Below the pieces are notes generated by a model. The model saw only the letters and a list, made by a program, of their open reading frames with translations, was not told the DNA's origin and ran no database searches. Made by a program: the position numbers and the translations under genes. DNA of 64,000 bases from Desulfuromonadales bacterium (GTDB lineage: Bacteria; Desulfobacterota; Desulfuromonadia; Desulfuromonadales; SZUA-540), in assembly GCA_033549025.1 (NCBI GenBank), contig JAWSUS010000003.1, forward strand, positions 128,001-192,000, given 5' to 3'. Below, piece by piece: positions 24,398-40,178 of the stretch (its first letter is position 1; each line of letters starts with the position of its first letter).

Positions 24398-24676
24398 TTA
24401 TTTACGCTTGCTCTTTTTGTCGGCTCCGTGACCATAGTAGGTCCGGGTAGGAGCAAACTCACCCAGTTTATGCCCGACCATATTTTCGGTAACAAACACC
24501 GGGATAAACTTTTTACCGTTATGCACAGCAAAAGTATGACCTACGAATTCAGGAAGGATGGTTGAACGCCGCGACCAGGTCTTAATGACCTGCTTACTGG
24601 TAGTCCCACCTTCCAGATCGACTTTTCGCAAAAGGCTTTCTTGGACGTACGGCCCTTTTTTGATTGATCTAGCCAC
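24398..24676 (-). CDS. rpsS: 30S ribosomal protein S19
   Basis: [18 protein letters not shown]. Confidence 0.99.
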   Translation of the reverse strand: MARSIKKGPYVQESLLRKVDLEGGTTSKQVIKTWSRRSTILPEFVGHTFAVHNGKKFIPVFVTENMVGHKLGEFAPTRTYYGHGADKKSKRK

Positions 24677-24701
24677 TGCCGTCTCCTCTATTTAAAATGG
24701 T

Positions 24702-25526
24702 CTATTTAGTACGACGCCGGACGATGAATCGATCGGTCCGCTTGTTGACTCGGGTCTTGTACCCTTTGGTCGGAATGCCCCAGGGTGTTACAGGATGCCG
24801 GCCACCGGAGGACTTACCTTCACCACCACCATGCGGGTGATCAACAGGGTTCATGGCAACGCCACGGGACTGGGGACGCTTGCCAAGCCAGCGATTTCGT
24901 CCTGCTTTCCCCACCTTAACGTTTTCGTGATCCTGGTTCCCAACCTGACCGATGGTTGCGCAGCATTCCTGCAGGACGAGGCGAACCTCGCCAGAAGGAA
25001 GTCGAAGCTGGGAATACTTGCCTTCTTTGGCTGCAATCATGGCGTAGGTGCCGGCGCTACGGGCCAACTGGCCACCCTTGCCCACCTTCAGTTCAACATT
25101 GTGAACCCAAGTGCCTAGGGGAATGGCGCGGATAGGCATGGCGTTACCAGGCTTAATGTCAGCTTTTTCGCTCGCAACCACAACGTCACCAACACTAAGA
25201 CCGACAGGAGCCAAGATGTAACGTTTTTCGCCATCGGCATAGTTAAGCAGGGCAATGCGGGCCGTCCGGTTCGGATCATATTCGACAGAAACGATTTTGG
25301 CCGGCACTTCTTTTTTGTCCCGCTTAAAATCAATGATCCTGTATTTACGCTTGTGCCCACCACCCGTGTGACGCTTGGTGATCCGGCCATTATTGTTACG
25401 TCCTCCGGTGCGCTTCAGCGGTGCCAGAAGTGACTTCTCAGGAGTCGAGGTGGTGATCTCCTCATAAGTCGAAGATGTCATATTGCGACGACCGGGTGAG
25501 GTCGGTTTATACTTTTTGATCGCCAT
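24702..25526 (-). CDS. rplB: 50S ribosomal protein L2
   Basis: [19 protein letters not shown]. Confidence 0.99.
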   Translation of the reverse strand: MAIKKYKPTSPGRRNMTSSTYEEITTSTPEKSLLAPLKRTGGRNNNGRITKRHTGGGHKRKYRIIDFKRDKKEVPAKIVSVEYDPNRTARIALLNYADGEKRYILAPVGLSVGDVVVASEKADIKPGNAMPIRAIPLGTWVHNVELKVGKGGQLARSAGTYAMIAAKEGKYSQLRLPSGEVRLVLQECCATIGQVGNQDHENVKVGKAGRNRWLGKRPQSRGVAMNPVDHPHGGGEGKSSGGRHPVTPWGIPTKGYKTRVNKRTDRFIVRRRTK

Positions 25527-25559
25527 TATGGTTACTCCGTATCGCTAGATTACTTGCCG

Positions 25560-25844
25560 TTAGACCCCGAAGAAATCGATGGTGCCTTCAGCCAGGGTGA
25601 CGTAAGCTTTTTTGGTATTGGACCGTTTTCCGAAATTGCGACCGACCCTCTTAACTTTCCCGCGAGTCAGAGCGGTATTCACGTCCTTAACCTTGACGCT
25701 GAAAGCCTTTTCAACGGCTTGCTTGATTTCAATCTTGTTGGCATTCAGTGCTACTTCAAAAGCAACCACCTGGCCCACTTCTTTCTGCAGGCTGGTCTTC
25801 TCGGTAACCAGCGGTCTCTTAATAATCTGATGCAACGGTTTCAT
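25560..25844 (-). CDS. rplW: 50S ribosomal protein L23
   Basis: PLVTEK, KKAYVTL. Confidence 0.98.
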   Translation of the reverse strand: MKPLHQIIKRPLVTEKTSLQKEVGQVVAFEVALNANKIEIKQAVEKAFSVKVKDVNTALTRGKVKRVGRNFGKRSNTKKAYVTLAEGTIDFFGV

Positions 25845-26464
25845 CAGGCCAACGCTCCTTCCAGTTGAGACACGGCGCCCTCAGTCATCACGAGGTTCGG
25901 ATACTTCATGACGTCGTAAACGTTTACACCCTCGGCCTTAAGAACCTTTACAAAAGGAAGGTTTCTGGCAGACAACTCAACTTGGGGGTTTTCACCCTCA
26001 ATGACAACCAGCACCTTTTGAAGATCGAAGCGACCAAGAAATTCAGCAAAGGACTTGGTGCTGATTTTCCCGAGGTCAATCGTGTTGAGAACGGTCAGCT
26101 TGCTATCCTGAAAGCGCACCGAAAGAGCGCTCTTCAGGGCTGCTTTTTTAACCTTACGATTGAGCTTGAAATTGTAATCGCGAGGATTAGGCCCGAAAGC
26201 CGCCCCACCACCCACATAGTGAGGTGCGCGGATACACCCTTGACGGGCGTTACCAGTACCCTTCTGCTTATAGGGCTTTTTCCCGCCGCCAGCAACTTCA
26301 CTACGGGTCTTGCTGGCAGAGGTTCCCTGCCGACGGGCAGCGAGTTGATAGCGAACCATGTCGTGAATCAGGTAGGATCTGACTTCGGCATTAAACACCG
26401 CGTCTGAAATTTCCTTTTCAGCCACCTGGTTTTTATTTATGTCATATACAGCGATTTTAGCCAT
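25844..26464 (-). CDS. rplD: 50S ribosomal protein L4
   Basis: [16 protein letters not shown]. Confidence 0.99.
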   Translation of the reverse strand: MAKIAVYDINKNQVAEKEISDAVFNAEVRSYLIHDMVRYQLAARRQGTSASKTRSEVAGGGKKPYKQKGTGNARQGCIRAPHYVGGGAAFGPNPRDYNFKLNRKVKKAALKSALSVRFQDSKLTVLNTIDLGKISTKSFAEFLGRFDLQKVLVVIEGENPQVELSARNLPFVKVLKAEGVNVYDVMKYPNLVMTEGAVSQLEGALA

Positions 26465-26494
26465 GGAGTTTCTCCCAAATCATATATCTAGAGG

Positions 26495-27133
26495 CTACTT
26501 TTTAGCCTTAAGGCCTTTGCGGATCTCCACCACAGCGTTTTTTGGCCCAGGGATGGCACCTTTAACCAAAATAAGGTTCTGATCGGGGCGGACATCAACA
26601 ATCTGTAGATTCTGGGTGGTTACCTTTTTATTGCCCATCTGCCCAGCCATCTTTTTACCCTTGAACACCCTGGAGGGCCAAGCGCTGGCGCCGATAGACC
26701 CTGGAGCACGGTGGAACATGGATCCGTGCGTAGCCCTACCGCCGGAAAAGTTCCAGCGCTTTATAACACCCTGGAATCCCTTACCTTTGCTCGTTCCAGT
26801 AACATCGACGATATCACCGGCAGCAAAGATTGCCTGGCAAGTTATCTCATCGCCCACGTTATATTCATCCACGCTGTCAGCGCGAAACTCGCGAAGTGTA
26901 CCGAAGGCACCCTTGCCTGCTTTTTTGAAATGTCCAAGCTCGGGCTTACTGACGCGGTGGATCTTCTTAACACCGTAGCCGACCTGCACAGCGTTATACC
27001 CGTCCGTCTCAACGGTCTTCTTCTGAAGAACCACACAGGGACCGGCTTCAACAACCGTAACAGGAATTCTTCTGCCATCGATGGCGAAGACCTGGGTCAT
27101 CCCCAACTTCTTTCCCAAGATTCCATTTATCAT
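26495..27133 (-). CDS. rplC: 50S ribosomal protein L3
   Basis: [24 protein letters not shown]. Confidence 0.99.
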   Translation of the reverse strand: MINGILGKKLGMTQVFAIDGRRIPVTVVEAGPCVVLQKKTVETDGYNAVQVGYGVKKIHRVSKPELGHFKKAGKGAFGTLREFRADSVDEYNVGDEITCQAIFAAGDIVDVTGTSKGKGFQGVIKRWNFSGGRATHGSMFHRAPGSIGASAWPSRVFKGKKMAGQMGNKKVTTQNLQIVDVRPDQNLILVKGAIPGPKNAVVEIRKGLKAKK

Positions 27134-27166
27134 CGGACCTACCCTTACCTAATATGAAGATTAATC

Positions 27167-27475
27167 TTAAAGCTTAATTTCGACATCAACCCCGGCAGAG
27201 AGATCAAGCTTCATCAAGGCGTCCACGGTCTGCTGGGTCGGTTCGAGAATATCCAGTAAACGCTTGTGCGTGCGCATCTCGAACTGCTCACGGCTTTTCT
27301 TGTCAACGTGGGGACCACGAAGAACAGTGTACTTGTTAATTACCGTCGGCAGAGGAATGGGGCCGGCAATCCGGGCTCCTGTACGCTTGGCGGTATCCAC
27401 GATTTCGTTCACAGACTGATCAAGAAGCTTATGATCATAAGCCTTCAAACGGATTCTAATTTTCTGGCTCGGCAT
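27167..27475 (-). CDS. rpsJ: 30S ribosomal protein S10
   Basis: [20 protein letters not shown]. Confidence 0.99.
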   Translation of the reverse strand: MPSQKIRIRLKAYDHKLLDQSVNEIVDTAKRTGARIAGPIPLPTVINKYTVLRGPHVDKKSREQFEMRTHKRLLDILEPTQQTVDALMKLDLSAGVDVEIKL

Positions 27476-27490
27476 GACTCTATTCCTCTA

Positions 27491-28681
<1,191 letters not shown>

Positions 28682-28701
28682 AACTAAACCCTCCTCGGCA
28701 A

Positions 28702-30780
28702 TTAGCCCTTAACCTTGGCAATTACCTCGTCGGAAATCGCCTTGGGGACCTGCTCATAGTGGTCAAAAACCATGGTGTAAGTAGCGCGACCCTGAGTGGC
28801 ACTGCGCAAATCGGTGGCATACCCGAACATATTGGCCAAAGGTACCTGAGAATTGATAACCTGGGCAGCGCCACGCGCCTCCATTCCCATAATCCGGCCA
28901 CGACGGCTATTCAGGTCGCCGATGACATCTCCCATATACTCTTCGGGTACGACGACTTCAACCGCCATGATGGGCTCAAGCAGAACAGGACCAGCTTTTG
29001 CTGCCCCCTCTTTAAAGCCCATCGAACCCGCGATCTTAAAGGCCATCTCGGAAGAGTCGACATCATGATAGGAACCGTCGAAGCAGGTGACCTTGACATC
29101 AACAATGGGGAAGCCAGCGATAACGCCGTTCTGAGCGGCCTCTTCAGCCCCCTTGCCGACAGCAGGGATGTATTCCTTGGGAATAACGCCACCCTTAATA
29201 GCATCGACATACTCAAAACCAGCACCGGGCTCCTGCGGTTCAATGCGCAACCAACAGTCACCATACTGACCACGGCCACCGGACTGGCGCACAAACTTAC
29301 CCTGAACCTCGACAGTTTTGGTGACCGACTCGCGGTAGGCCACCTGAGGAGCACCCACATTGGCGGCAACCTTGAATTCACGCATCATGCGGTCAATGAT
29401 AATCTCAAGGTGGAGTTCACCCATACCGGAAAGTATGGTCTGCCCCGTCTCCTCATCCGTGTGAACACGAAGCGAAGGATCTTCCTGAACCAGCTTGCCA
29501 ATAGCGATGCCCATCTTTTCCTGGTCTGCCTTGGTTTTTGGCTCAACAGCAATACTGATAACCGGCTCAGGGAACTCCATGGCCTCAAGAAGACAAGCGT
29601 CTTTCTCGGAGCACAGGGTATCGCCCGTCGTCGTATACTTCAGACCGACAGCGGCAGCAATGTCACCAGAGTAAATTTCTTTGATTTCCTCACGCTTATT
29701 GGCATGCATCTTCAATATGCGGCCAATACGCTCTTTCTTATCCTTGGTGGAGTTGTAAACACTCGAACCGGACTCAAGGACACCAGAGTAAACCCGGAAG
29801 AAGGTCAACTGCCCGACAAAGGGGTCCGTCATGATTTTAAACGCGAGAGCGGCAAAAGGCCCACTGTCATCCGCAGGTCGGGTGATCTCGGCCTGAGTGT
29901 CAGGATCGACACCCTTAATAGGAGGCACGTCTGTCGGAGAAGGCATGTAGTCGACGACTGCATCAAGAAGGTTCTGAACACCCTTGTTCTTGAAGGAAGA
30001 CCCACACAGAACGGGATTGATAGCCAAAGCCATTGTCGCCTTGCGAATACCCGCCTTGAGCTCCTTATTGGAGATCTCCTCGCCGCCGAGGTATTTATCC
30101 ATCAAGACATCGTCATGAGAACAAACTTCCTCAACAAGCTTTTCACGGGCCTCCTGAACCTCATCGACCATCTCGGCCGGAATCTCGATGACATCGTATT
30201 TCGCCCCAAGAGACTCATCGTCCCAAACAATGGCACGCATCTCAACGAGATCGACAACGCCCTTGAAGTAATCTTCTTTACCAATGGGAAGCTGAATAGG
30301 GATAGGATTGGCGCCAAGACGGTCACGCATCATGCTTACGCCGCGCCCGAAATCAGCGCCGATACGGTCCATCTTGTTGACGAAGGCCATCCGAGGAACG
30401 CCATACTTGTCAGCCTGACGCCAGACAGTCTCAGACTGAGGCTCAACGCCACCAACCGAGCAGAAAACGGCGATAGCGCCATCGAGCACGCGCAAAGAGC
30501 GCTCTACTTCGATGGTAAAGTCAACATGCCCAGGAGTGTCTATGATATTGATACGGTGTTCGCCCCAAAAACAGGTCGTAGCAGCAGAGGTGATGGTAAT
30601 ACCACGCTCCTGCTCCTGCTCCATCCAGTCCATGGTGGCAGCGCCGTCATGGACCTCACCAATTTTATGGGAAACACCAGTGTAGAACAGAATACGTTCG
30701 GTCGTCGTAGTCTTGCCGGCATCGATATGTGCCATAATGCCGATATTACGCGTTTTTGCGAGTGATACTTTTCGTGCCAC
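28702..30780 (-). CDS. fusA: Elongation factor G
   Basis: [27 protein letters not shown] start inferred. Confidence 0.99.
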   Translation of the reverse strand: MARKVSLAKTRNIGIMAHIDAGKTTTTERILFYTGVSHKIGEVHDGAATMDWMEQEQERGITITSAATTCFWGEHRINIIDTPGHVDFTIEVERSLRVLDGAIAVFCSVGGVEPQSETVWRQADKYGVPRMAFVNKMDRIGADFGRGVSMMRDRLGANPIPIQLPIGKEDYFKGVVDLVEMRAIVWDDESLGAKYDVIEIPAEMVDEVQEAREKLVEEVCSHDDVLMDKYLGGEEISNKELKAGIRKATMALAINPVLCGSSFKNKGVQNLLDAVVDYMPSPTDVPPIKGVDPDTQAEITRPADDSGPFAALAFKIMTDPFVGQLTFFRVYSGVLESGSSVYNSTKDKKERIGRILKMHANKREEIKEIYSGDIAAAVGLKYTTTGDTLCSEKDACLLEAMEFPEPVISIAVEPKTKADQEKMGIAIGKLVQEDPSLRVHTDEETGQTILSGMGELHLEIIIDRMMREFKVAANVGAPQVAYRESVTKTVEVQGKFVRQSGGRGQYGDCWLRIEPQEPGAGFEYVDAIKGGVIPKEYIPAVGKGAEEAAQNGVIAGFPIVDVKVTCFDGSYHDVDSSEMAFKIAGSMGFKEGAAKAGPVLLEPIMAVEVVVPEEYMGDVIGDLNSRRGRIMGMEARGAAQVINSQVPLANMFGYATDLRSATQGRATYTMVFDHYEQVPKAISDEVIAKVKG

Positions 30781-30816
30781 TGTCATTGATCCTTTCAGGG
30801 TCCTGCGATCGCCAGC

Positions 30817-31287
30817 CTACCAGCGGTAGTGAGCAAAGGCCTTGTTCGCTTCAGCCATACGGTGGGTATCCTCTTTCTTCTTCACAGAAGCACCGCGATT
30901 ATTGGCGGCATCAAGAAGCTCCCCAGCCAAACGCTCTTCCATCGTCTTCTCGCCACGAGCGCGGGAATAGGTCATAATCCAGCGCATCGCCAGAGCACTA
31001 CGACGGTCCGCACGAACCTCGACAGGAACCTGGTAAGTCGAGCCACCAACACGACGGGACTTAACTTCCACAACCGGACGAACATTCTCCATAGCCTTCT
31101 TGAAGACATCCAAAGGCTCGTCATCGACCCGGGAGGAGATCAGATCAAAGGCACCATAGACAATACTCTCAGCGGTGCTCTTCTTACCGTCCAGCATAAG
31201 AAAGTTAACAAACTTCGCCACCAGACGATCACCATATTTAGGATCGGGGAGAATAACCCGCTTAGCAACTTCTCTTCTTCTCGGCAT
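30817..31287 (-). CDS. rpsG: 30S ribosomal protein S7
   Basis: [21 protein letters not shown]. Confidence 0.99.
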   Translation of the reverse strand: MPRRREVAKRVILPDPKYGDRLVAKFVNFLMLDGKKSTAESIVYGAFDLISSRVDDEPLDVFKKAMENVRPVVEVKSRRVGGSTYQVPVEVRADRRSALAMRWIMTYSRARGEKTMEERLAGELLDAANNRGASVKKKEDTHRMAEANKAFAHYRW

Positions 31288-31309
31288 AGCTTCCTCTCAG
31301 CCTTCTACT

Positions 31310-31681
31310 TTATTTAGGGCGCTTGGCACCGTATTTAGAACGACCCTGCTTACGATTCTTTACACCGGCAAGGTCCAGGGTACCACGGACGATATGATAA
31401 CGAACGCCAGGCAAATCCTTGACGCGGCCGCCACGAATCAAAACCACAGAGTGTTCCTGCAGATTATGGCCCACCCCGGGAATGTAAGAGGTCACTACGA
31501 CACCGTTGGTGAGACGCACACGTGCCACCTTACGAAGAGCGGAGTTCGGCTTCTTCGGAGTCGTGGTATAGACGCGGGTACACACTCCACGCTTCTGAGG
31601 ATTACTCTTAAGCGCAGGCGCGGTAGATTTTCTTTCTTTTTTTTCGCGTCCATTGCGGATCAACTGATTAATAGTCGGCAT
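31310..31681 (-). CDS. rpsL: 30S ribosomal protein S12
   Basis: [18 protein letters not shown]. Confidence 0.99.
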   Translation of the reverse strand: MPTINQLIRNGREKKERKSTAPALKSNPQKRGVCTRVYTTTPKKPNSALRKVARVRLTNGVVVTSYIPGVGHNLQEHSVVLIRGGRVKDLPGVRYHIVRGTLDLAGVKNRKQGRSKYGAKRPK

Positions 31682-31753
31682 CTACATACTCCCGATAAAC
31701 GTATTCTCAATGTTGAAAGAACAAAAGATTTACAACAGGGGAAAAACCCGCAA

Positions 31754-31782
31754 ACATTATCAATCGGCCTCAACTTTGTCAA
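31754..31782 (-). promoter_or_regulatory. Putative sigma70 promoter of the str operon
   Basis: TTGACA-N17-TAATGT with extended TG. Confidence 0.65.
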
Positions 31783-31790
31783 GGCATTTT

Positions 31791-31824
31791 TTAGGCCACT
31801 GCTAAAAAAGACACAGTGGCCTAA
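31791..31824. terminator. Hairpin after rpoC (no U-tract in the sense direction)
   Basis: TTAGGCCACTG...CAGTGGCCTAA, 11-bp stem. Confidence 0.45.
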
Positions 31825-31845
31825 TTGCAACGTATTTTCAAACAG

Positions 31846-34800
31846 TTATTCGACAGAGATATCTTCACTCTCTTCGACAACATCGTCGTCGATGTCTTCC
31901 TCGTAGACCTCCGGCACCTCTTCAGGCTCCTCAATATTGAGTTTGGCGCTGCGGTACTTGGAAATCCCGGTGCCAGCAGGGATCAACCGTCCCATGATGA
32001 CGTTTTCCTTGAGGCCACGCAGGAAGTCAACCTTGCCCTCGATAGCCGCCTGAGTCAAGACCTTGGTGGTCTCCTGGAAGGAGGCCGCGGAAATAAAGGA
32101 CTCGGTCGACAAGGAGGCTTTGGTAATACCCAGCATCAGGGGCTCACCGACGGCCGGCTGACCGTCTTCAGCCATAACCCGCTGGTTTTCCTGTTCAAAC
32201 TCCCACCGCTCTACTTGATCATCGAGCAGGAATCGCGTATCGCCGACCTCTTTGATGCGAACCCGGCGCAGCATCTGGCGCACGATCGTTTCGATATGCT
32301 TGTCATTGATCTTAACGCCCTGGAGTCGATAGACTTCCTGTACCTCGTCTACGAGATACTTGGCCAGTTCCTTTTCGCCCAGAACACGGAGGATATCGTG
32401 AGGGTTGCTGGAACCATCCATCAAAGCCTCGCCAGCCTTGACAGAATCCCCTTCATGGACGCTGATATGTTTCCCTTTGGGAATCAGATACTCCTTGGGC
32501 TCCCCAATCTCGGGGGTGACAATGACCTTCCGTTTGCCCTTGGAATCCTTGCCATAGGAAACCACGCCGTCAATTTCGGAAATAACGGCAAACTCCTTGG
32601 GTTTACGGGCCTCGAAGAGCTCAGCGACACGGGGCAGACCGCCGGTGATGTCTTTGGTTTTGGTGGTTTCCCGCGGAATTTTGGCCAGAATATCGCCGGC
32701 GCCGACAACTGCGTCTTCGGCCACGACAATGTTGGCACCGACAGGCAGCATGTAGCGGGCAGCCGCCCCATTGGGCAACTTGACCGTCTTGCCATCCTCG
32801 TCCTTGAGGGTGATGCGAGGACGACGGTCTGCCGCCTTCGATTCGATGATAACCTTACGGGACAGACCCGTAACATCATCGAGCTGCTCTTCCATGGTTA
32901 GGCCTTCGACGACATCACCGAAGCGGATTCGACCGGAGCCTTCCGTGAGGATCGGCATGGTGTAGGGGTCCCACTCAGCCACCAGGTCACCTGCCTTGAT
33001 GGCGCCATCAGGACCGACACGCAGCTTGGCACCATAGACAACACCATAGCGTTCCCGCTCGCGCCCGGTTTCATCGATAACCGCAACCTCGCCGTTTCGA
33101 TTCATGACAACATGGAAGCCGGCGCTGTCTACAACCGTGTTCAGGTTGATGTACCGAAGCGTTCCGTCAAAACGGGCCTCAAGAGAGGTCTGCTCAGCCC
33201 GACGGGAGGCGGTACCACCGATGTGGAAAGTACGCATGGTCAGCTGCGTGCCTGGCTCACCAATGGATTGGGCGGCAATAACTCCGACAGCCTCACCCAA
33301 GTTGACCATATGTCCGCGAGCCAGGTCGCGACCATAACAGGTCGCGCAGATGCCTCGGCGGCTCTGGCAGGTCAACACGGACCTTATTTTAAGTTTCTCT
33401 ATACCCGCATTCTCGATTTTGGTCACCAGGGTCTCATCGATTTCCTGATTCGCCTCCACAAGAATGTCACCCGTTACCGGATCCAGGACGTCTTCAAGGG
33501 CGGCGCGGCCGAGAATCCTGTCGCCGAGAGGCTCAATGACCTCGCCCCCCTCGGTGAGGGAAGATACGAGAATGCCATCGAGAGTGCCGCAATCCTGCTC
33601 GGTGATGATGGCATCCTGCGCGACGTCGACCAAGCGACGCGTGAGGTAACCGGAGTTAGCCGTTTTCAGCGCGGTATCAGCCAGACCTTTACGGGCACCG
33701 TGGGTCGAAATGAAGTACTGAAGAACGGTCAGACCTTCACGGAAGTTGGCGGTAATCGGCGTTTCGATAATTTCGCCGGAAGGCTTGGCCATAAGTCCGC
33801 GCATACCGGCCAGCTGGCGAATCTGCTGAGCACTGCCTCGGGCCCCCGAATCAGCCATCATATGGATGGCATTGAAGGAAGGAATCTTCACCTGTTCACC
33901 AGACTCCGGGTCCGTCAGCACATCAACGGAGAGGTTGCCCAGCATGATACCGGCGATATCCTCCGTACATTTGGCCCAGATATCGATAACCTTGTTGTAG
34001 CGCTCGCCATCGGTGATCAGACCTTCAGTATACTGGTTCTGGATTTCGGTAACTTCCTGAACCGCCTTGTCGATATGGTCCTGCTTGGCGGCCGGGATAA
34101 CCATGTCGTCGAGACAGATGGAAATACCGGCAATGGTTGAAAATCGGTAACCTGTGTCTTTGAGACGGTCAGCAAGAATGACGGTTTCCTTCGGCCCCGC
34201 CAGACGGAAGGCCGTGTCGATCAGCTCGGCTACCTGTTTTTTGGTCATGGTCCGGTTGATGTGCTCGAAGGGAATGGAAGCCGGAACAATCTCGCGGAGC
34301 AGCACCCGCCCTACCGTCGTATCGACCAAAGCGGACTCACGCCCTTCCCCGGTCACCATGCGCACCTTGATCTTCGCCTGCAGATCAGCTTCGCCGGCGT
34401 CATAGGCGATGCGCACCTCTTCAGGAGAGAAGAAGATTTTGCTGTCACCTTTTACAAAAGCCCGCTCACGCGTCATGTAATAGAGACCGAGAATCATGTC
34501 CTGCGAAGGCACAATGATGGGTTTGCCATTGGCCGGGGACAGGATATTGTTGGTCGACATCATCAGTACGCGCGCCTCAATCTGGCTCTCGATGGAAAGA
34601 GGCAGATGCACGGCCATCTGGTCACCGTCAAAGTCGGCGTTAAAAGCGGTACAGACCAAAGGATGCAGCTGGATGGCCTTACCTTCAATGAGAACCGGTT
34701 CAAAGGCCTGAATACCGAGACGGTGCAGCGTCGGGGCGCGGTTGAGCATGACCGGGTGTTCGCGAATGACTTCGTCGAGAACATCCCAGACCTCGGGCTT

Positions 34801-36012
34801 TTCCTTCTCGACCAGCTTTTTGGCACTCTTGATCGTGGTGCAGTAGCCCCGTTCTTCAAGCTTGTTGTAGATAAAGGGCTTGAACAACTCCAGAGCCATC
34901 TTCTTGGGAAGACCACACTGGTGGAGCTTGAGCTCAGGACCGACGACGATAACGGAACGGCCGGAATAGTCGACACGCTTACCCAGCAGATTCTGGCGGA
35001 AGCGGCCACCCTTTCCTTTGAGCATGTCCGAAAGAGACTTCAGGGGACGCTTGTTGGGGCCAGTGATGGCGCGGCCGCGTCGGCCGTTATCAAAAAGCGC
35101 ATCCACCGACTCTTGCAGCATCCTCTTTTCGTTGCGGATGATGACCTCGGGGGCCCGAAGTTCAATCAGACGCTTAAGGCGATTATTCCGGTTGATTACC
35201 CGGCGGTAGAGATCATTGAGGTCCGACGTCGCAAAGCGTCCTCCGTCAAGAGGAACCAGCGGACGCAGTTCCGGGGGCAGAACCGGGATAGCTTCGAGAA
35301 TCATCCACTCGGGTCGGTTCCCGCTGACCTTGAAGGCTTCTACAACCTTCAGACGCTTGGCGACCTTTTTGCGTTTGGCTTCACTGGCGGCCTCGCGCAT
35401 CTCGACGCGTAGAGATTGGGACAATTCGTCGAGTTCAATCGTGGTCAGCAGTTCCCTGACCGCTTCGGCACCCATGGCGGCCGTAAACTGACCGGCAAAC
35501 TCGTCCATCAGTTCACGATACTTGTCTTCGCTCAGGATCTGGCCGACAGCGAGAGTGGTATCCCCCTTATCCAGAACAACATAGGCCTCAAAATAGAGGA
35601 TTCGCTCAACCTCTTTAAGAGTAAGGTCGAGCAAAGTCGCAATACGCGAAGGCAGCGACTTGAGGAACCAGATGTGAGCCACCGGACAAGCCAGATCGAT
35701 GTGACCGAGACGTTCCCGGCGCACCTTGCTGGGAATGACCTCTACGCCACATTTTTCGCAGACAATGCCGCGATGTTTCATCCGCTTATACTTACCGCAG
35801 TTACACTCGTAGTCCTTCGTCGGACCGAAGATTTTGGCGCAGAAGAGGCCATCGCGCTCCGGCTTGAAGGTGCGGTAGTTAATGGTTTCCGGTTTTTTGA
35901 CCTCACCAAAGGACCGCTCACGGATCTTGTCCGGCGACGCCAGTGAAAGACGGATCGAGTTAAAATTGAGGGGATCCTTCGGTCGCTCAAAAAAGCTGAA
36001 AATATCGTCCAA
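31846..36012 (-). CDS. rpoC: RNA polymerase beta' subunit
   Basis: NADFDGD catalytic motif, Zn finger, [11 protein letters not shown] start. Confidence 0.99.
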   Translation of the reverse strand: MDDIFSFFERPKDPLNFNSIRLSLASPDKIRERSFGEVKKPETINYRTFKPERDGLFCAKIFGPTKDYECNCGKYKRMKHRGIVCEKCGVEVIPSKVRRERLGHIDLACPVAHIWFLKSLPSRIATLLDLTLKEVERILYFEAYVVLDKGDTTLAVGQILSEDKYRELMDEFAGQFTAAMGAEAVRELLTTIELDELSQSLRVEMREAASEAKRKKVAKRLKVVEAFKVSGNRPEWMILEAIPVLPPELRPLVPLDGGRFATSDLNDLYRRVINRNNRLKRLIELRAPEVIIRNEKRMLQESVDALFDNGRRGRAITGPNKRPLKSLSDMLKGKGGRFRQNLLGKRVDYSGRSVIVVGPELKLHQCGLPKKMALELFKPFIYNKLEERGYCTTIKSAKKLVEKEKPEVWDVLDEVIREHPVMLNRAPTLHRLGIQAFEPVLIEGKAIQLHPLVCTAFNADFDGDQMAVHLPLSIESQIEARVLMMSTNNILSPANGKPIIVPSQDMILGLYYMTRERAFVKGDSKIFFSPEEVRIAYDAGEADLQAKIKVRMVTGEGRESALVDTTVGRVLLREIVPASIPFEHINRTMTKKQVAELIDTAFRLAGPKETVILADRLKDTGYRFSTIAGISICLDDMVIPAAKQDHIDKAVQEVTEIQNQYTEGLITDGERYNKVIDIWAKCTEDIAGIMLGNLSVDVLTDPESGEQVKIPSFNAIHMMADSGARGSAQQIRQLAGMRGLMAKPSGEIIETPITANFREGLTVLQYFISTHGARKGLADTALKTANSGYLTRRLVDVAQDAIITEQDCGTLDGILVSSLTEGGEVIEPLGDRILGRAALEDVLDPVTGDILVEANQEIDETLVTKIENAGIEKLKIRSVLTCQSRRGICATCYGRDLARGHMVNLGEAVGVIAAQSIGEPGTQLTMRTFHIGGTASRRAEQTSLEARFDGTLRYINLNTVVDSAGFHVVMNRNGEVAVIDETGRERERYGVVYGAKLRVGPDGAIKAGDLVAEWDPYTMPILTEGSGRIRFGDVVEGLTMEEQLDDVTGLSRKVIIESKAADRRPRITLKDEDGKTVKLPNGAAARYMLPVGANIVVAEDAVVGAGDILAKIPRETTKTKDITGGLPRVAELFEARKPKEFAVISEIDGVVSYGKDSKGKRKVIVTPEIGEPKEYLIPKGKHISVHEGDSVKAGEALMDGSSNPHDILRVLGEKELAKYLVDEVQEVYRLQGVKINDKHIETIVRQMLRRVRIKEVGDTRFLLDDQVERWEFEQENQRVMAEDGQPAVGEPLMLGITKASLSTESFISAASFQETTKVLTQAAIEGKVDFLRGLKENVIMGRLIPAGTGISKYRSAKLNIEEPEEVPEVYEEDIDDDVVEESEDISVE

Positions 36013-36039
36013 AGCACATCCTCCTTATAGGATGGTGGT

Positions 36040-39000
36040 TTATTCTTCTTCCTCTTCGAGGAGTTCCACATCGAGGCACAGAGACTGCAGTTCCTTGATG
36101 AGCACGTTGAAGGATTCGGGCAGTCCGGCCTCCAGTGTGTGCTTCCCTTTGACTATGGCTTCGTACATCCGGGTCCTTCCCGCCACATCGTCCGATTTGA
36201 CGGTGAGGAATTCCTGCAGGGCATGAGCGGCCCCGTAAGCCTCAAGAGCCCACACCTCCATCTCACCGAGTCGCTGGCCACCGAACTGGGCTTTTCCGCC
36301 CAGCGGCTGCTGCGTAACCAGGCTGTAGGGACCGATGGAACGAGCGTGAATCTTGTCATCGACCAGGTGATGAAGCTTGAGCATGTACATGATGCCCACG
36401 GTAACCTTCTCGAGGAACGGTTCGCCGGTCTTGCCATTGTACAAGGTCATCTGACCGGAACTGGAGAAGCCAGCCCGCTCGATTTCCCCTTTGATCTGCT
36501 CTTCGTTCACCCCTTCAAAGACGGGCGACGCCATGGGAACCCCCTTGGAAAGGCGGCGAGCCAGGGCCATCAGATCGTCTTCATCAAGACCGTCGATAAA
36601 CGAATCAAGCTCCTTGTTGCCATAGATGGACTTGATCTTCTCGCGGATCTTTTCCGGGCTGAACTGGTTGTCAATAACCTCCTGGATACGCATCCCCAGG
36701 CCACGTGCGCCCAAACCGAGATGGATCTCCAGAATCTGCCCGATGTTCATACGGGAAGGAACACCCAGAGGATTGAGAACGATCTCAACCGGGGTGCCGT
36801 CTTCCATGTAGGGCATATCCTCCTCAGGGAGTATCCGAGACAGTACCCCCTTGTTGCCGTGACGGCCGGCCATCTTGTCACCGACGGAAAGCTTGCGTTT
36901 GATGGCGATATACACTTTGACCATCTTGATGACGCCGGGGGGCAGATCATCGCCACGCTTGAGCTTTTCGATCTTGTCGGAAAAAACGCCGCGGATCAAT
37001 TCCTCGCGTTCATGGAGGTGAGCCAGCACAGTAGCCACTTTATCCTCAACTTCCGGGGCGTTGGCGAGAGAGATCTCCTGCCAGCGCTTGAGGGGCACAG
37101 CGGAAAGCAGTTCTTCCGTCAGCTTCTGTCCCTTGGGCAGCAAAGTCTTGCCCGTTTCGTCGACAATGGCGACGGCCGAAGTCTGTTGCGCCAGCAGGGA
37201 AAGCATTTTCCCGCGGGCTGACTCCCGGATAATGCGGATTTCGTCGTTCTGATCTTTGAGCAGCTTGTCGATTTCAGTCTTTTCGATGTGCTCGGTGCGG
37301 GTATCTTTATCGATCCCTTTGCGGGAAAAGACACGAGCCCCGATAACCACCCCTTCGACACCGGGCGGTACACGCAGGGAGGTGTCGCGAACATCCCCGG
37401 CCTTTTCGCCAAAAATCGCCCTGAGCAGTTTTTCTTCCGGCGAAAGCTGGGTTTCTCCTTTCGGCGTGATTTTACCTACGAGGATATCTCCAGGTTTGAC
37501 CTCAGCGCCAATACGGATGATGCCGCTCTCGTCGAGATCCGCGAGGGCATCTTCGCCCAAGTTGGGAATATCGTCAGTGATCTCTTCTTTGCCGAGCTTG
37601 GTGTCGCGGGCGACGCATTCGAACTCCTCAATATGGATGGAGGTATAGCGATCCTCCTTGACCAGCTTTTCGGAGATAAGGATGGAGTCCTCGAAGTTGT
37701 AGCCTTCCCATGGCATGAAGGCGACCAGGACGTTCTGCCCCAGGGCCAGCTCGCCCCATTCGGTGGAGGGTCCATCGGCGATGATCTCGCCGCGCCGCAC
37801 CCTGTCCCCTACTTTGACGATAGGTTTCTGGTTAAGACAGGTGTTCTGGTTGGAGCGCAGGAACTTGATGAGCGTGTAAATATCCACGCCGGTTCCTGAC
37901 TCATCCAACTCGCCTTCGTCAATCTTGACGACGATGCGCGCCGCGTCGACACTCTCGACCACACCGTTGTGCCGCGCCACGACTGCTGCACCCGAGTCAT
38001 GGGCGACAATGCGCTCCATCCCCGTCCCGACCAGTGGCGCGTCGGCACGAAGCAGGGGCACAGCCTGTCGCTGCATGTTGGAGCCCATCAGGGCGCGGTT
38101 GGCGTCGTCGTTTTCAAGGAAGGGGATAAGCGCCGCGGCCACGGAGACCAGCTGCTTGGGCGAAACGTCCATCAGCTCGATCTCTTCGCGGTTCATTAGC
38201 ATAAACTCGCCGTTTTTCCGGGCGTTGACCAACTCGTTGACAAAGGTGTTGTCCTCGTTCAACGGCGCATTGGCCTGCGCAATGGCGTGGCCTTCCTCTT
38301 CCAAGGCCGAAAAGTATTTGATTTCAGTTGTTACTTTACCCGCAGACACCAGGCGATAGGGTGTCTCGACGAACCCGTGCTCGTTGATGCGCGCATAGGT
38401 CGAAAGCGAGGCGATCAGACCGATATTCGGTCCTTCCGGGGTTTCAATAGGACAAACCCGGCCGTAATGGGTCGGATGAACGTCACGGACTTCGAAGCCG
38501 GCCCTCTCTCGAGTCAAACCACCGGGTCCAAGCGCGGAAAGGCGTCGCTTGTGGGTAATTTCGGAGAGCGGATTGGTCTGGTCCATGAACTGAGACAGCT
38601 GTGATGAGCCGAAAAACTCCTTCACAACGGCCGAAACCGGTTTGGAGTTGATCAGATCATGAGGCATGAGGCTGTCGATCTCTTGCAGACTCATGCGCTC
38701 CTTGATGGCCCTTTCCATACGGACGAGACCAACGCGGTACTGGTTCTCAAGGAGTTCGCCAACGGCGCGGACGCGTCGGTTACCGAGATGATCGATGTCG
38801 TCGATCGCCCCTTTACCGTTTCGCAGATCGATCAGGTAGCGCACCACCTCCAAAATATCTTCTTTGGTCAGGGTGGTCAGGTCCAGAGGGGACTTCAGCC
38901 CCAGCTTATAGTTGAGCTTGAGACGACCAACTACCGAAAGATCATAGCGCTCTGAATTGAAGAAGAGGCTGTCGAACAGGGCAGTGGCACTACGGATCGT

Positions 39001-40149
39001 CGGCGGATCCCCGGGACGGAGACGCCGGTATATCTCGATTTTGGCGTCATCGGGCGTAGCCACTTTGTCAAGCTGCAGGGTTTCACGCAGATAGGGTCCG
39101 ACAAAGAGGTTATCTATAAAGAGCACCTTGAACTCGGTGATCCCTCTGGACAACAGCTCTTCGAGCTTGCCTTCGGTGATCTCCTCGTTGCATTCGACGA
39201 CAATCTCACCCGTGGCCGTATCGACAATATCCGAAGAGGCGACCTTACCAACCACATCCTCCTTGAGGATGGAAATCGCTTCGATGCCCTTATCCGCCAG
39301 TTTGCGAATGGCCGCTTTGGTAAATTTGCGGTTGGCCTTAACCAGAACCTCGCCATCGGGCGCCACGATATCGCAGCTGGCCCTCTGGCCGGACAGCAGG
39401 TCAAGATTGACCTTTTTCTGATAGTTATCGCCATCGACCACGATGGTATCGACATCGTAGTAGTAATTGAGCAACTCTTCAGCCGTGTAGCCCAGGGCCT
39501 TCAGCAGAACGGTTGCAGGCAGTTTACGGCGACGGTCAATACGAACATAGAGAATATCTTTATGATCAAAGTCAAAGTCAAGCCAGGATCCACGATAGGG
39601 GATGACACGCGCACTATAGAGGATTTTACCACTGGAGTGCGTCTTGCCCTTATCATGGTCGAAAAAGACACCGGGCGACCGGTGCAACTGGCTGACAATA
39701 ACCCTTTCAGTCCCATTAATAATAAAGGTACCGTTTTCGGTCATCAGCGGGATTTCACCGAAATAGACCTCTTGCTCCTTGATGTCGCGGATGGACTGGA
39801 CACCCGAGTCCTTATCGACATCCCAGGAAACAAGACGAACGCGTACCTTTACCGGGGCGGCAAAAGTCATACCCCGTTGGTGGCACTCATCAACGTCGTA
39901 CTTGGGAGTTCCCAGTGAATAGGCTACGTATTCAAGTGAGCTGGTTTCATTAAAGTCCCGAATAGGAAATACGGAACGGAAGACGGCTTCCAGGCCGACG
40001 TTCTGCCGGGCCGAAGGAGGTAGCTCCGCCTGAAGAAAACGCTTGTAGGAAGTCTTCTGGATATCAATGAGGTTGGGTATGTCGATGATCCTCTTGATCT
40101 CGGCAAAATGTTTCCTCAGAAGCTGGTTATTCGCGATCGAATAAGCCAT
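36040..40149 (-). CDS. rpoB: RNA polymerase beta subunit
   Basis: [34 protein letters not shown]; start at MAYSIANN, downstream of AAGGAG. Confidence 0.99.
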   Translation of the reverse strand: MAYSIANNQLLRKHFAEIKRIIDIPNLIDIQKTSYKRFLQAELPPSARQNVGLEAVFRSVFPIRDFNETSSLEYVAYSLGTPKYDVDECHQRGMTFAAPVKVRVRLVSWDVDKDSGVQSIRDIKEQEVYFGEIPLMTENGTFIINGTERVIVSQLHRSPGVFFDHDKGKTHSSGKILYSARVIPYRGSWLDFDFDHKDILYVRIDRRRKLPATVLLKALGYTAEELLNYYYDVDTIVVDGDNYQKKVNLDLLSGQRASCDIVAPDGEVLVKANRKFTKAAIRKLADKGIEAISILKEDVVGKVASSDIVDTATGEIVVECNEEITEGKLEELLSRGITEFKVLFIDNLFVGPYLRETLQLDKVATPDDAKIEIYRRLRPGDPPTIRSATALFDSLFFNSERYDLSVVGRLKLNYKLGLKSPLDLTTLTKEDILEVVRYLIDLRNGKGAIDDIDHLGNRRVRAVGELLENQYRVGLVRMERAIKERMSLQEIDSLMPHDLINSKPVSAVVKEFFGSSQLSQFMDQTNPLSEITHKRRLSALGPGGLTRERAGFEVRDVHPTHYGRVCPIETPEGPNIGLIASLSTYARINEHGFVETPYRLVSAGKVTTEIKYFSALEEEGHAIAQANAPLNEDNTFVNELVNARKNGEFMLMNREEIELMDVSPKQLVSVAAALIPFLENDDANRALMGSNMQRQAVPLLRADAPLVGTGMERIVAHDSGAAVVARHNGVVESVDAARIVVKIDEGELDESGTGVDIYTLIKFLRSNQNTCLNQKPIVKVGDRVRRGEIIADGPSTEWGELALGQNVLVAFMPWEGYNFEDSILISEKLVKEDRYTSIHIEEFECVARDTKLGKEEITDDIPNLGEDALADLDESGIIRIGAEVKPGDILVGKITPKGETQLSPEEKLLRAIFGEKAGDVRDTSLRVPPGVEGVVIGARVFSRKGIDKDTRTEHIEKTEIDKLLKDQNDEIRIIRESARGKMLSLLAQQTSAVAIVDETGKTLLPKGQKLTEELLSAVPLKRWQEISLANAPEVEDKVATVLAHLHEREELIRGVFSDKIEKLKRGDDLPPGVIKMVKVYIAIKRKLSVGDKMAGRHGNKGVLSRILPEEDMPYMEDGTPVEIVLNPLGVPSRMNIGQILEIHLGLGARGLGMRIQEVIDNQFSPEKIREKIKSIYGNKELDSFIDGLDEDDLMALARRLSKGVPMASPVFEGVNEEQIKGEIERAGFSSSGQMTLYNGKTGEPFLEKVTVGIMYMLKLHHLVDDKIHARSIGPYSLVTQQPLGGKAQFGGQRLGEMEVWALEAYGAAHALQEFLTVKSDDVAGRTRMYEAIVKGKHTLEAGLPESFNVLIKELQSLCLDVELLEEEEE

Positions 40150-40178
40150 GATTTCTCCTTTAGGTAACGAAAGTAGAA

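Noticed and set aside
31846..40149. Inteins or rpoB-rpoC fusion
   Set aside because: Separate ORFs of ordinary length with no intein splice motifs seen.
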